A DNA stretch of 64,000 bases from a virus. Its lineage: Duplodnaviria; Caudoviricetes. The notes beneath the pieces are model-generated. The model saw only the letters and a program-made list of their open reading frames with translations. It searched no databases and had not been told where the DNA came from. Both the position numbers and the translations under genes were made by a program. Shown here one piece after another: positions 18,528-27,654 of the stretch. The stretch lies in IMG/VR virus record IMGVR_UViG_3300021959_007005; one strand, given 5' to 3'. How positions within the stretch are numbered: the first letter of the stretch is position 1; every line of letters starts with the position of its first letter.

Positions 18528-19247
18528 ATGAGAGATTATCTTCTCGATATTGTAAAACATACACGAAGTGTAGGCAACATTGATGCAGTTAAAGTTACTG
18601 ACGGATTAGTTGTCGAAGCAAAAGACGACGATAATAAGGTAATTGTGAAAGCAACTTATAAGTCAGCCCCAACAGAATTAGACGGTGTACTAGGGCTACC
18701 TAACTTGGATAAACTAAACATTATCCTTAATATTCCTGAGTACACAGAAAATGCAAAAATTAGTGTTGAAAATCGTGAACGCAATGGAGAAAGCACACCA
18801 TTTAGTTTGAAGTTTGAAAATGCAGGTGGCGACTTTAAAAATGACTTCCGCTTTATGAGTAAGGAACTAGTTACCCAACGTATTCCAGAAGTAAGATTTA
18901 AAGGTGCTAATTGGGATGTAGAGTTTGAACCACATAGTGCAAGCGTACAACGGTTTAAATTCCAAAGCCAAGCAAATAGTGAAGAAAGTGTGTTTATTGC
19001 AAAAACTGAAGACACCAATCTAAAGTTTTATTTTGGCGATGATAGTGGACATACTGGAAACTTAGTATTTCAGGCAGACATATCTGGATCACTAAAACAA
19101 AGCTGGAAATATCCAGTTGCAGAGGTATTAAACGTATTAAATATCAATGGTGACATTACTATGCGGTTTAGTGATAGTGGGGCACTTAAAATTGATGTAG
19201 ACAATGGCATGGCCATTTATGAATACATCTTTCCGGCACAAAGTTAA
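18528..19247 (+). CDS. Probable DNA polymerase sliding clamp (gp45-like)
   Basis: 239 aa, beta-rich, next to the polymerase; no diagnostic motif. Confidence 0.55.
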   Translation: MRDYLLDIVKHTRSVGNIDAVKVTDGLVVEAKDDDNKVIVKATYKSAPTELDGVLGLPNLDKLNIILNIPEYTENAKISVENRERNGESTPFSLKFENAGGDFKNDFRFMSKELVTQRIPEVRFKGANWDVEFEPHSASVQRFKFQSQANSEESVFIAKTEDTNLKFYFGDDSGHTGNLVFQADISGSLKQSWKYPVAEVLNVLNINGDITMRFSDSGALKIDVDNGMAIYEYIFPAQS

Positions 19248-19684
19248 TGATAGTTGGGTTCACATGTAGTGTATTTGACCTGCTACATGCAGGTCATATT
19301 GCAATGCTACGTGAAGCTAAAGATCATGTTGATTACTTAATAGTTGGGTTACAAACTGACCCAACTATTGATAGACCAGACGAAAAGAATAAACCAGTAC
19401 AGAGTTTAGTAGAAAGATACGCACAATTAGCAGCTACTAAATATGTTGATGAAATAATACCTTATCAAACTGAACAGGACTTAACTGACATACTTGAAAT
19501 GTATCATATTGATATTCGAATCCTTGGAGAAGAATATCGAGAAAAAGATTTTACTGGAAAAGAAGTTTGTCGCAAAAGAGAAATCGAACTATATTTTAAC
19601 AAACGAGATCATAGGTTTAGTACTAGTGATCTTAGGAAGAGAGTGGAAAATGCACCCTGCCAAAAAAGAAGCTCGCCTAAATAA
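19247..19684 (+). CDS. Cytidylyltransferase (TagD/RfaE-II-like)
   Basis: FDLLHAGH (HxGH), IVGLQTD and FSTS motifs. Confidence 0.88.
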   Translation: MIVGFTCSVFDLLHAGHIAMLREAKDHVDYLIVGLQTDPTIDRPDEKNKPVQSLVERYAQLAATKYVDEIIPYQTEQDLTDILEMYHIDIRILGEEYREKDFTGKEVCRKREIELYFNKRDHRFSTSDLRKRVENAPCQKRSSPK

Positions 19685-19838
19685 ACTACGTGAACAACAT
19701 AAAAATCTTGACATCAGGATCCAAAAGTTATATAATACAACTAATAGTGAACGTACCTTAAAAACCCTTAAAATTGAGAAATTAGATCTCAAAGATAAAA
19801 TTACCGAATTGGAGAATAGAAATGGTAAAAAAAATTAG
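19650..19838 (+). CDS. Small coiled-coil protein (DUF465/YdcH-like)
   Basis: LREQHKNLDIRI...LKIEKLDLKDKI; start moved to 19650. Confidence 0.7.
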   Translation: MHPAKKEARLNKLREQHKNLDIRIQKLYNTTNSERTLKTLKIEKLDLKDKITELENRNGKKN

Positions 19839-19992
19839 AGTTATTGAACCAGATATTGAAAATACTGGAGATGCAGAAAATATGACAGAGCTAGCAAAAT
19901 CTATGGATTGGAAGCTATGGGAAATCTTGCAAATTATGCAGAGATTAGAAAAGAAAATTGGGGCTGATGGTTTAGTTCTCGACGATGGCTGA
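19822..19992 (+). CDS. 56-aa hypothetical protein (not in ORF track)
   Basis: Hand translation MVKKIRVIEPDIENTGDAENMTELAKSMDWKLWEILQIMQRLEKKIGADGLVLDDG; fills the gap between genes. Confidence 0.6.
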   Translation: MVKKIRVIEPDIENTGDAENMTELAKSMDWKLWEILQIMQRLEKKIGADGLVLDDG

Positions 19993-20431
19993 TAATTATG
20001 AACCCTACGAAGCATATATGCGACGGAGATCAAAAGAAGAGGATGCAAAAATGAATAATGCTAAACGTAGTATTTGGGTAACTTTCACTAAAGAAGGTAT
20101 CCATAAGTATCCAGCAGCATTAGACGATCCTGCACTAGCAACAGGAGATGAGTATGATGTAAGTTTCTTAGGATACCCACATCGACATACTTTTCATTTT
20201 AAAGTACAAATACAAGTAACACACAACGATAGAGATATTGAATTTATTCAATTCAAGCGTTGGTTAGAGAATCTTTATAAAGAAGATATTCTCGAACTAG
20301 ATTACAAGTCATGTGAAATGATTGCAGATGACTTATATCTACACATCAACAGCAAATACCCCGGCCGGTTTGTTGTCATTGATGTCGCCGAAGATGGCGA
20401 AAACGGCTGTCAAATTGTTTATCCAGCATAA
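19985..20431 (+). CDS. queD: Divergent QueD-like (T-fold) protein
   Basis: GIHKYP, HRHTFHF, DIEFIQFKRWL, SCEMIA and EDGENG motifs; sits in the deazaguanine cluster. Confidence 0.7.
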   Translation: MADNYEPYEAYMRRRSKEEDAKMNNAKRSIWVTFTKEGIHKYPAALDDPALATGDEYDVSFLGYPHRHTFHFKVQIQVTHNDRDIEFIQFKRWLENLYKEDILELDYKSCEMIADDLYLHINSKYPGRFVVIDVAEDGENGCQIVYPA

Positions 20432-20440
20432 AGGAATATA

Positions 20441-20764
20441 GTGGTGAATAATGTAGGTACAGATATTCGAGACCTTCGTCAAGGTCGTGTGAGTATTAAT
20501 GATATCAAGTTTGACTTGATTAAGATTATCGAACCACATGATGGGTGGTTAGCAACAAATGAAGGAAGTGATAAACTTGTACGTCATCTTTTTACTCGTT
20601 ATTTGAGTGACTTAAGATACGCTGGTTTAGTAAATGACTTTAATATTAGAAGTGCTATACGTAATAATGCAATTACATATGATGTTTCTGTTAAAATGAG
20701 TCAAGAACGTAGTGATAAGAAACTCAAAATTCATGTGGGTGTATATCAGAAACGAGTAAAGTAA
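20441..20764 (+). CDS. Hypothetical protein, paralog of 24838-25125
   Basis: GTG start; shares SINDIKxDLIKIIEPxDG and ITYDVS..KLKIHVG with the paralog. Confidence 0.75.
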   Translation: MVNNVGTDIRDLRQGRVSINDIKFDLIKIIEPHDGWLATNEGSDKLVRHLFTRYLSDLRYAGLVNDFNIRSAIRNNAITYDVSVKMSQERSDKKLKIHVGVYQKRVK

Positions 20765-22275
20765 TGACAGCGACCCGTATTAACTTAACAGAACGTAATA
20801 AGGACTATGCAGTATTTTTGCCTAGTATTAGTACATTTTATAATAATTATATTGCTAAACAACGAGTAACCGGTGGACAGCACATTTTGCCAGACCGCAT
20901 GCCAGATGGTTTTGAAACTGGCATGGAAGGCATGAACTTTCTCAATGAGAAGGATGCTTACTATAGTTACAAGTGGGGGTTATACTCCGCAGGACATGCC
21001 CAACTTAATTTAAGCAAAGCTAATGATTCAGATGCAATGGTACAAGGACGTGATCGTGACAAAACGTTTATGCTCTGTGACAGTGGCGGGTTTCAGATTA
21101 TTAAAGGTGTTATCCAGTGTGATTGGGATAACTTTAAAACTGATGACAGTTTACGTCAGAAGATCTTAAACTGGTTGGAACACACAGGTGACTATAGTAT
21201 GATCCTGGATATTCCAACACTGGCGGCGGATCCTACATTTAGTGGACGTACTGGTATTACTAGTTTTAATCAGTGTTTGGAGTTTACAGACTTTAATGTA
21301 AACTGGTTTAAGAAACACCGCAAGTATCAAACAAAGTATCTTAATGTTATGCAAGGCCGTAATTGGGCTGAAGCAGAACATTGGTATGAAACTATGAAGC
21401 ATCATGATTTGGAAGGCTTTGCGTTTGGTGGTAGTGCTAAGAACGATATTAATATTGTACTACGAACACTTATTAAGATGCGTGATGATCAGCAACTTGA
21501 ACGTGGCAAACGTGATGTACTACACTACTTGGGCATTGGTAGACTGGAATGGGCAACAGCCTATACAGCAATCCAACGTGCATTGCGTGAGCATGTAAAC
21601 GAAGATGTTCAAGTAATGTTTGACTGTGCATCGCCTTTCTTAGCAACAGCAAATGGTACAATGTATACCCAACATGTACATAAAAATGACCGCTTTGGTT
21701 ATGTTATGGATAAAGCAATGGACAATAAAGCACTAAGCGGTAGTAAGTTGGCATTTCCCTTTGGTAGTCCAATTGGCGAAAGACTTAACTTAGGTGACAT
21801 TTGTCATTATGCACCTGGCATGCTGAATAAAATTGGCAAAGAAGGGAAAACTAGTTGGGATAGTTTTACATACATGCTGTTAATGTCACATAATGTATAC
21901 AGTCATATTGAAAGTGTACAACGTGCAAACGCACTTACTGATATGGTAAACACAACAGTAAGTACAGACTACAGACAGTGGCGTAAGCTAAAAGCGACCA
22001 GTAAAGATGAAGTGTTTAGTCCGTATGTACCACGTAATATTGTTTATATGACGCAATTTATTGATCAACTGTTCCGTAGTGAAACGCCAATGCAAATGTT
22101 AGACGAAGCGGAGTCTATGCTTGCTAACTTTAGTGGACAGAAACTACAAACATCAAGTGCTGGAAGTTTTAGTAACTTGTTTGAAGTTAACGATGTGGTT
22201 TCAGAAGAATCAAATGAAATGACAGCTGAACAAGAAGCTGAGGCTGAAAACTTCTTAGAAACATTGGAGGTATAA
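20764..22275 (+). CDS. dpdA: DpdA/tRNA-guanine transglycosylase-like protein
   Basis: TGT-type DSGGFQ, LDIP, VMQG, HYLG and FDCAS motifs; no CxCxxC zinc site; located among folE/queD/queE. Confidence 0.78.
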   Translation: MTATRINLTERNKDYAVFLPSISTFYNNYIAKQRVTGGQHILPDRMPDGFETGMEGMNFLNEKDAYYSYKWGLYSAGHAQLNLSKANDSDAMVQGRDRDKTFMLCDSGGFQIIKGVIQCDWDNFKTDDSLRQKILNWLEHTGDYSMILDIPTLAADPTFSGRTGITSFNQCLEFTDFNVNWFKKHRKYQTKYLNVMQGRNWAEAEHWYETMKHHDLEGFAFGGSAKNDINIVLRTLIKMRDDQQLERGKRDVLHYLGIGRLEWATAYTAIQRALREHVNEDVQVMFDCASPFLATANGTMYTQHVHKNDRFGYVMDKAMDNKALSGSKLAFPFGSPIGERLNLGDICHYAPGMLNKIGKEGKTSWDSFTYMLLMSHNVYSHIESVQRANALTDMVNTTVSTDYRQWRKLKATSKDEVFSPYVPRNIVYMTQFIDQLFRSETPMQMLDEAESMLANFSGQKLQTSSAGSFSNLFEVNDVVSEESNEMTAEQEAEAENFLETLEV

Positions 22276-22276
22276 A

Positions 22277-23044
22277 ATGCGTGATATTGTTTTAGTAACT
22301 GGTGGATTTGATCCGTTACACTCAGGACATATTGCTTATTTTAAAGCAGCTCGGGAACTAGGTGATATCTTAGTTGTCGGGCTGAATAGCGACAGTTGGC
22401 TTACCCGTAAAAAAGGTAGACCATTTATGTCTTGGAATGAACGTAGTAGTATTATTGGCGAACTTGAGTGTGTTGATGAGGTTATTGGATTTAACGATGA
22501 TGATGGCACCGCTGTTGATGCAATTTCAGAAATGATTTCAGAATATCCGAATGATAATATTATATTTGCCAATGGCGGAGACCGTAAAAAAGGCACAACA
22601 CCAGAACTAGAATTTGCTAAACAATTCGATAACGTTACATTTGAGTTTGGTGTTGGTGGTGAAGATAAAAAGAACTCTAGTAGTTGGATACTAAAAGACT
22701 GGAGCCAACCTACTACAAAAAGAGCATGGGGTACTTATACAGTACTTCACAATGGCCCAGGCTGGGCAGTAAAAGAACTAGCATTTGGTACTGAAACTCC
22801 ACTAAGTGATCAACGACATTTTATTCGTAGTGAACATTGGCATGTAGTTGAAGGCACTATACAAATGGATTTAGAGTTTGACAATGGCGAAAAATCTAGT
22901 ACAATATATACATCAGGCGAAAGTATTGACATTCCTGTTTTAACTTGGCACAAAGCGACTAACATTGGTAGCACAACAGCAAAAGTTATTGAAGTTTGGA
23001 TGGGCGATGAATTAACAGAAGATGATATTGAAAGAAGAGATTAA
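22277..23044 (+). CDS. Nucleotidyltransferase (RfaE-II-like) fused to a cupin (mannose-6-phosphate isomerase type II-like)
   Basis: GGFDPLHSGH, GLNSD, FANGGDR, KNSSS; C-terminal RAWG..SDQRH..RSEHWHVVEG. Confidence 0.88.
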   Translation: MRDIVLVTGGFDPLHSGHIAYFKAARELGDILVVGLNSDSWLTRKKGRPFMSWNERSSIIGELECVDEVIGFNDDDGTAVDAISEMISEYPNDNIIFANGGDRKKGTTPELEFAKQFDNVTFEFGVGGEDKKNSSSWILKDWSQPTTKRAWGTYTVLHNGPGWAVKELAFGTETPLSDQRHFIRSEHWHVVEGTIQMDLEFDNGEKSSTIYTSGESIDIPVLTWHKATNIGSTTAKVIEVWMGDELTEDDIERRD

Positions 23045-24105
23045 TGAACACAATTTGGATTATACCAATTGAGCCTATTGACCAGCGTTATACTAAACAG
23101 TGGTACGATAATATTCCACTTACATTAAAAGCAAAAATTGCAGAACGTGAACTTAATTATTTTGTACAAACTATTGATGGTGAAGATTTTAAACCTGATG
23201 TGAGAACTGAAGGTGCCTTTCTTGACTTTGGTGCAACTAATGTATACAAAGCAACACAAGCGGCAGAAGTAAGTCGTATGTTTAGCAATGGCAAAGTTAA
23301 AGCAGGTGACAAATTTCTGATAACTGATGCTTGGAACTTTATCATCACTCCAATCAAATACATGAGTGACTTATTAGATATTCCAGTAGAGATACATAGT
23401 ATTTGGCATGCTGGTGCATATGATCCTACAGACATACTTGGCTATAAAATGAGTAAGCCTTGGCCTTCACATGTTGAAAAAAGTTGGTATTATAGTAGTG
23501 ATTATAATTACTTTGCAACAAATTTCCACAAAAATATGTTTTTACGCAACTTGGATATTCCAGTAGAAGATCATGGAAGAGCAATACGTAGTGGGCAACC
23601 GCACGAGCTTATTGTTGATAGTTTAGTAAAGCATCAAAATACACCAAAGAGTGATAAAATTATGTGGCCACATAGGTGGAATGATGATAAGCAACCGGAT
23701 ATTGCATTGGCATTAGCACAAGATTTTGATATGGTTATTACACAAAAAATGAACCTTGACAAATCACAGTACTATGCTAAAATGGGAGAAAGTAAATTAA
23801 TTTTTAGTTGTGCATTACATGAAAACTTAGGTATCAGTGTTATGGAAGCAGTACTAACTGGTGCTATTCCTATTGTACCAGATCGTGCAAGCTATAGTGA
23901 GATGTATTTGCCAGAATTTAAGTACCCATCTGAATGGACTGCAAGTTTTGAATCATACAAACAACATAGGGATTCACTAGTAGGATTTATAAAAGAAAAA
24001 CTAATCATGTTTGACAAATACCAAGACGTATTGGTTAAGCAACGTAACATTCTTATTGAAAATTATCTAAATAGCAGTGTTATGATAAACAACATACTAC
24101 AATAA
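23044..24105 (+). CDS. GT-B glycosyltransferase (GT4-like)
   Basis: HENLGISVMEAVLTGAIPIV motif. Confidence 0.8.
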   Translation: MNTIWIIPIEPIDQRYTKQWYDNIPLTLKAKIAERELNYFVQTIDGEDFKPDVRTEGAFLDFGATNVYKATQAAEVSRMFSNGKVKAGDKFLITDAWNFIITPIKYMSDLLDIPVEIHSIWHAGAYDPTDILGYKMSKPWPSHVEKSWYYSSDYNYFATNFHKNMFLRNLDIPVEDHGRAIRSGQPHELIVDSLVKHQNTPKSDKIMWPHRWNDDKQPDIALALAQDFDMVITQKMNLDKSQYYAKMGESKLIFSCALHENLGISVMEAVLTGAIPIVPDRASYSEMYLPEFKYPSEWTASFESYKQHRDSLVGFIKEKLIMFDKYQDVLVKQRNILIENYLNSSVMINNILQ

Positions 24106-24121
24106 AAAGGAACATAGTATA

Positions 24122-24811
24122 ATGACAAAGACTTCCGATTTGATTAAGCAACGACTTAAAGATCAAAATATTAGACATTGGGCTGGTGACAACATTAGCT
24201 CAGTATTAGAAGATGGTGATAAACAAAAACTTATTGATGAAGCGACAACTAGTTTTGAAGATGTATTAGACTCATTAATTATTGACAGGGATAATGACCC
24301 AAATAGTCATGGAACTGCCAAGCGTCTTGCTAAGATGTATTTTAATGAATTAATGAGTGGACGGTATGAGCCAGCACCTAGTGCAACAGCATTTCCAAAT
24401 GATAGTGCTGAACGTTATGAAGGTATGCTAGTTGTACGTAGTGAATTAAGAAGCATGTGTTCACATCATCATCAGCCAGTAGCAGGAGTTGCATATATTG
24501 GCATTATCGCCTCTAATAAATTAATTGGACTAAGTAAGTATACAAGAATTGCACAGTGGTGTGCAAGACGTGGAACTTTACAAGAAGAGTTGGCAACCGA
24601 CATTGCTCGAGAAATTATGAAAGCAACAGAAAGTGAAAATGTAGGGGTCTACATTCAGGCTACCCATGGCTGTTGTGAAAATCGAGGTATTATGGCACAT
24701 AGTAGTTTAACACAAACTACAGTACTTAAAGGTAGCTTCCATAATGATCCTGGATGCAAAAAAGAATTCATGGATAATATTAAACTACAACAAGAATATG
24801 CTCCAAGATAA
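24122..24811 (+). CDS. folE: GTP cyclohydrolase I
   Basis: SMCSHHHQP, GLSKYTRI, LQEEL and HGCCENRG motifs. Confidence 0.95.
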   Translation: MTKTSDLIKQRLKDQNIRHWAGDNISSVLEDGDKQKLIDEATTSFEDVLDSLIIDRDNDPNSHGTAKRLAKMYFNELMSGRYEPAPSATAFPNDSAERYEGMLVVRSELRSMCSHHHQPVAGVAYIGIIASNKLIGLSKYTRIAQWCARRGTLQEELATDIAREIMKATESENVGVYIQATHGCCENRGIMAHSSLTQTTVLKGSFHNDPGCKKEFMDNIKLQQEYAPR

Positions 24812-24837
24812 ATGTAAACAATTAATAAGGAATAAAG

Positions 24838-25125
24838 ATGTATACCCGTTTAAGCATTAACGATATCAAATGGGATCTAATAAAGATCATTGAACCATTT
24901 GATGGTATCCTCGAAAATAAGCCACGTGGAGAAAAGTCGATCCGTCGACTTTTTGAAGCGTATCTTAAAGACTTACGTTCAGATCAACAAATATCAGATT
25001 TTAACGTATATAGTAACATTCGTGACACAGCGATTACTTACGATGTTTCTATAAAAGTGGCATCAGATAGATCGCCACGAAAACTAAAAATCCATGTTGG
25101 CACATATCAACACCCATGGATATAA
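24838..25125 (+). CDS. Hypothetical protein, paralog of 20441-20764
   Basis: Aligns by eye with the 20441 ORF over about 90 aa. Confidence 0.75.
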   Translation: MYTRLSINDIKWDLIKIIEPFDGILENKPRGEKSIRRLFEAYLKDLRSDQQISDFNVYSNIRDTAITYDVSIKVASDRSPRKLKIHVGTYQHPWI

Positions 25126-25197
25126 TTTTTAAATTGCATTAGTAATTTATATAAGGGTGAGGCATTAGTTAAAGAATACCCTTCAGAAAGGAAAAAA

Positions 25198-26274
25198 ATG
25201 AAACTATTAAAACTATTGGCTGCTACACTAGTAGTGGCAGCTGTAGGCGTTTCTGCAAGTGCAGATGCTCCTAAGGATAAAGCAAAAGTCGCATTTATTT
25301 ACGTTGGCCCAACAGGTGATCACGGTTGGACATATCGTCACGATATTGGTCGTCAGCAAGTAGAAGAAGCATACGGAGATCGTGTCGAAACTACGTTTGT
25401 TGAAAGTGTAGCAGAAGGTGCTGACGCTGAACGTGTAATGACACAAATGGCACTACAGGGCGCAGACATTATTTTTGCGACATCATTTGGATATATGGAT
25501 CCAATAATGAACGTAGCAAAGAAGTTTCCAAACGTAAAGTTTGAACATGCTACAGGTTATAAATCATCTGACAACGTTGCTAACTATGGTTTGAAACTAT
25601 ACCAAGCAAGACACGTACAAGGTGTTGTAGCAGGTATGATGACAAAAACAAACAAAATTTGTTATATTGCTTCATTCCCAATTCCAGAAGTTATGCGTGA
25701 GATTAACACATTCTTCTTGGGCGCACGTAAGTATAATCCAGATGTAGAACTATCAATTGCGTGGGTTTACACATGGTATGATCCAGGCAAAGAAAAAGAT
25801 GCGGCTGTGGCTCTGATCCAACAAGGTTGTGACATTGTAGCACAACACACTGACTCACCTGCTCCGCTACAAGCGGCAGAACAAGCAGGTGTACTTGGTT
25901 TTGGACAAGCAAGTGATCAAATGAAGTTTGCTCCTAACGCACAATTGACAGCAACTATTGACAATTGGGGTCCTTACTACATCGACAAAGTAGGACAAGT
26001 ACTAGATGGTACATGGGAAACAGGCGATTACTTTGGACATATGAACGAAGGTGCTGTACAAATGGCACCATTTGCTAATATGCCAGCTGATGTACAAGCA
26101 GAAGCACAACGTGTAAAAGATGCTATTAGCGCAGGCGAGTTGTTTGGATTTACAGGTCCAATTAACAAGCAAGACGGAACAGTGTTCCTGAAAGAAGGTG
26201 AAGTAGCAACGAGACAGCAACTAGACACTATGATGTTTTATGTCGAAGGCATCACATCACAGGTACCTGGTTAA
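25198..26274 (+). CDS. BMP-family ABC transporter substrate-binding protein (purine/nucleoside type)
   Basis: Signal peptide; VAFIYVGP.GD.GW, FATSFGY, TWYDPGKE and AQHTDS motifs. Confidence 0.9.
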   Translation: MKLLKLLAATLVVAAVGVSASADAPKDKAKVAFIYVGPTGDHGWTYRHDIGRQQVEEAYGDRVETTFVESVAEGADAERVMTQMALQGADIIFATSFGYMDPIMNVAKKFPNVKFEHATGYKSSDNVANYGLKLYQARHVQGVVAGMMTKTNKICYIASFPIPEVMREINTFFLGARKYNPDVELSIAWVYTWYDPGKEKDAAVALIQQGCDIVAQHTDSPAPLQAAEQAGVLGFGQASDQMKFAPNAQLTATIDNWGPYYIDKVGQVLDGTWETGDYFGHMNEGAVQMAPFANMPADVQAEAQRVKDAISAGELFGFTGPINKQDGTVFLKEGEVATRQQLDTMMFYVEGITSQVPG

Positions 26275-27137
26275 TGATTCCAGTAATTGATTTACAAGCA
26301 TCAGACGCTTTAGATCGCATTGACGAAGCCTACACAACAGTAGGCTTCGCAGTGTTTACAAATGCGTTAACTGACACACATCAACAAGACATCAAGTCTT
26401 GGCAAGAACAAATGAAAGCATTCTTTGAATTGCCAATGGATACAAAACAAAGCTATCCTTACAACGCAGATACTAACTTAGGTTACAGTATGGTAGGTGA
26501 CGAAAATGTAGACCCTACAGCACCCAAGGATATTAAAGAAAGTTTTAATTATAACAATACACGTATGCCAGATGATCTTTGGCCTACTGAACTAAATGGA
26601 TTTAAATCAACAGCATTACAAAGTATAGATATTGCCGATAAACTTACACTAAAGATATTAGAAAAGTTTGATACTATCCTAGATAGCGGAACTACACTAG
26701 TAGATTCACATTTACAACCTTTTAATACAACAAGGGTCATTCATTATCCAGCATATGATGGACCAGTACAAGATAAACAAATGCGTATAGGAGAACATAG
26801 TGACTACGGTACTATTACTTTACTTTGGCAAATTAACGATGTACCAGGACTCGAAGTTCAAGACCTTGATGGAACATGGCATGCAGTACCATATGAAAAG
26901 GATGCAGTAATTTGTAACATAGGCGACTTGTTACAACGATGGACTAATGACTATTTCAAGTCAACCAAGCACAGAGTTGTAAACAGTCACATACATCAAC
27001 AACGCTATAGTATGCCACACTTTGTAGATCCTACACCGGGTACTATTGTTGATAATCTGCGTTTCCACGAAGCGCCTAAATATCCGCCAATTGAATCAAA
27101 AGAGTATTTGATGTGGCGCCTAGCACAGAGTTATTAA
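26274..27137 (+). CDS. Fe/2OG oxygenase, isopenicillin N synthase family
   Basis: IPVIDL, HSDYGTITLL, NIGDLLQRWTN, HRV and RYS motifs. Confidence 0.9.
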   Translation: MIPVIDLQASDALDRIDEAYTTVGFAVFTNALTDTHQQDIKSWQEQMKAFFELPMDTKQSYPYNADTNLGYSMVGDENVDPTAPKDIKESFNYNNTRMPDDLWPTELNGFKSTALQSIDIADKLTLKILEKFDTILDSGTTLVDSHLQPFNTTRVIHYPAYDGPVQDKQMRIGEHSDYGTITLLWQINDVPGLEVQDLDGTWHAVPYEKDAVICNIGDLLQRWTNDYFKSTKHRVVNSHIHQQRYSMPHFVDPTPGTIVDNLRFHEAPKYPPIESKEYLMWRLAQSY

Positions 27138-27138
27138 T

Positions 27139-27654
27139 ATGAAACAATATATAAAAAGTTACATGGACTTTCCTAAAGACGGTATTGATTTTAAATGTAC
27201 CGCAAGTTTATGTGCATCACAGGATGGGTTTGAACTAGCCAACAATTTTATATACAGTAATTTATTGAAGTATTGTCCAGTAGATAAAATTATTGGTATT
27301 GATGCTAGAGGTTTTATCTTTGCAAGTGTGTTTGCACACAGGACTAGAGGACCACTTGTGCTTGCACGTAAACCAGGGAAGTTGCCAGGTAGTACTATTA
27401 GTCGTGAGTATGAACTAGAGTACGGAACCAACGAACTAGTAATGCAACGAGATAGTTTTGATAAGGGCGACACTGTTCTTATTATAGATGACTTAATAGC
27501 AACTGGTGGAACTATGAAAGCAGTTATTGAAATGTGTGATGAAATAGAAGTAACCATAAAAGCAGTTGCATGTATAATGGACTTACCTAAACTTGGCGGA
27601 AGTGATTATGTTAAGAATCGTAACATACCATTTTACGCAGGTGTAAATTATTAA
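27139..27654 (+). CDS. apt: Adenine phosphoribosyltransferase
   Basis: DFPKDGI, DARGF, RKPGKLP, LEYG and IDDLIATGGT motifs. Confidence 0.92.
   Translation: MKQYIKSYMDFPKDGIDFKCTASLCASQDGFELANNFIYSNLLKYCPVDKIIGIDARGFIFASVFAHRTRGPLVLARKPGKLPGSTISREYELEYGTNELVMQRDSFDKGDTVLIIDDLIATGGTMKAVIEMCDEIEVTIKAVACIMDLPKLGGSDYVKNRNIPFYAGVNY

Noticed and set aside
25153-25200. preQ1- or purine-riboswitch-like hairpin (AAGGGT...ACCCTT plus A-rich tail) before the BMP gene
   Set aside because: Only 6-7 bp of stem and the loop does not match preQ1-I or purine riboswitch consensus; an Infernal search would be needed. No room for a riboswitch before yhhQ either.
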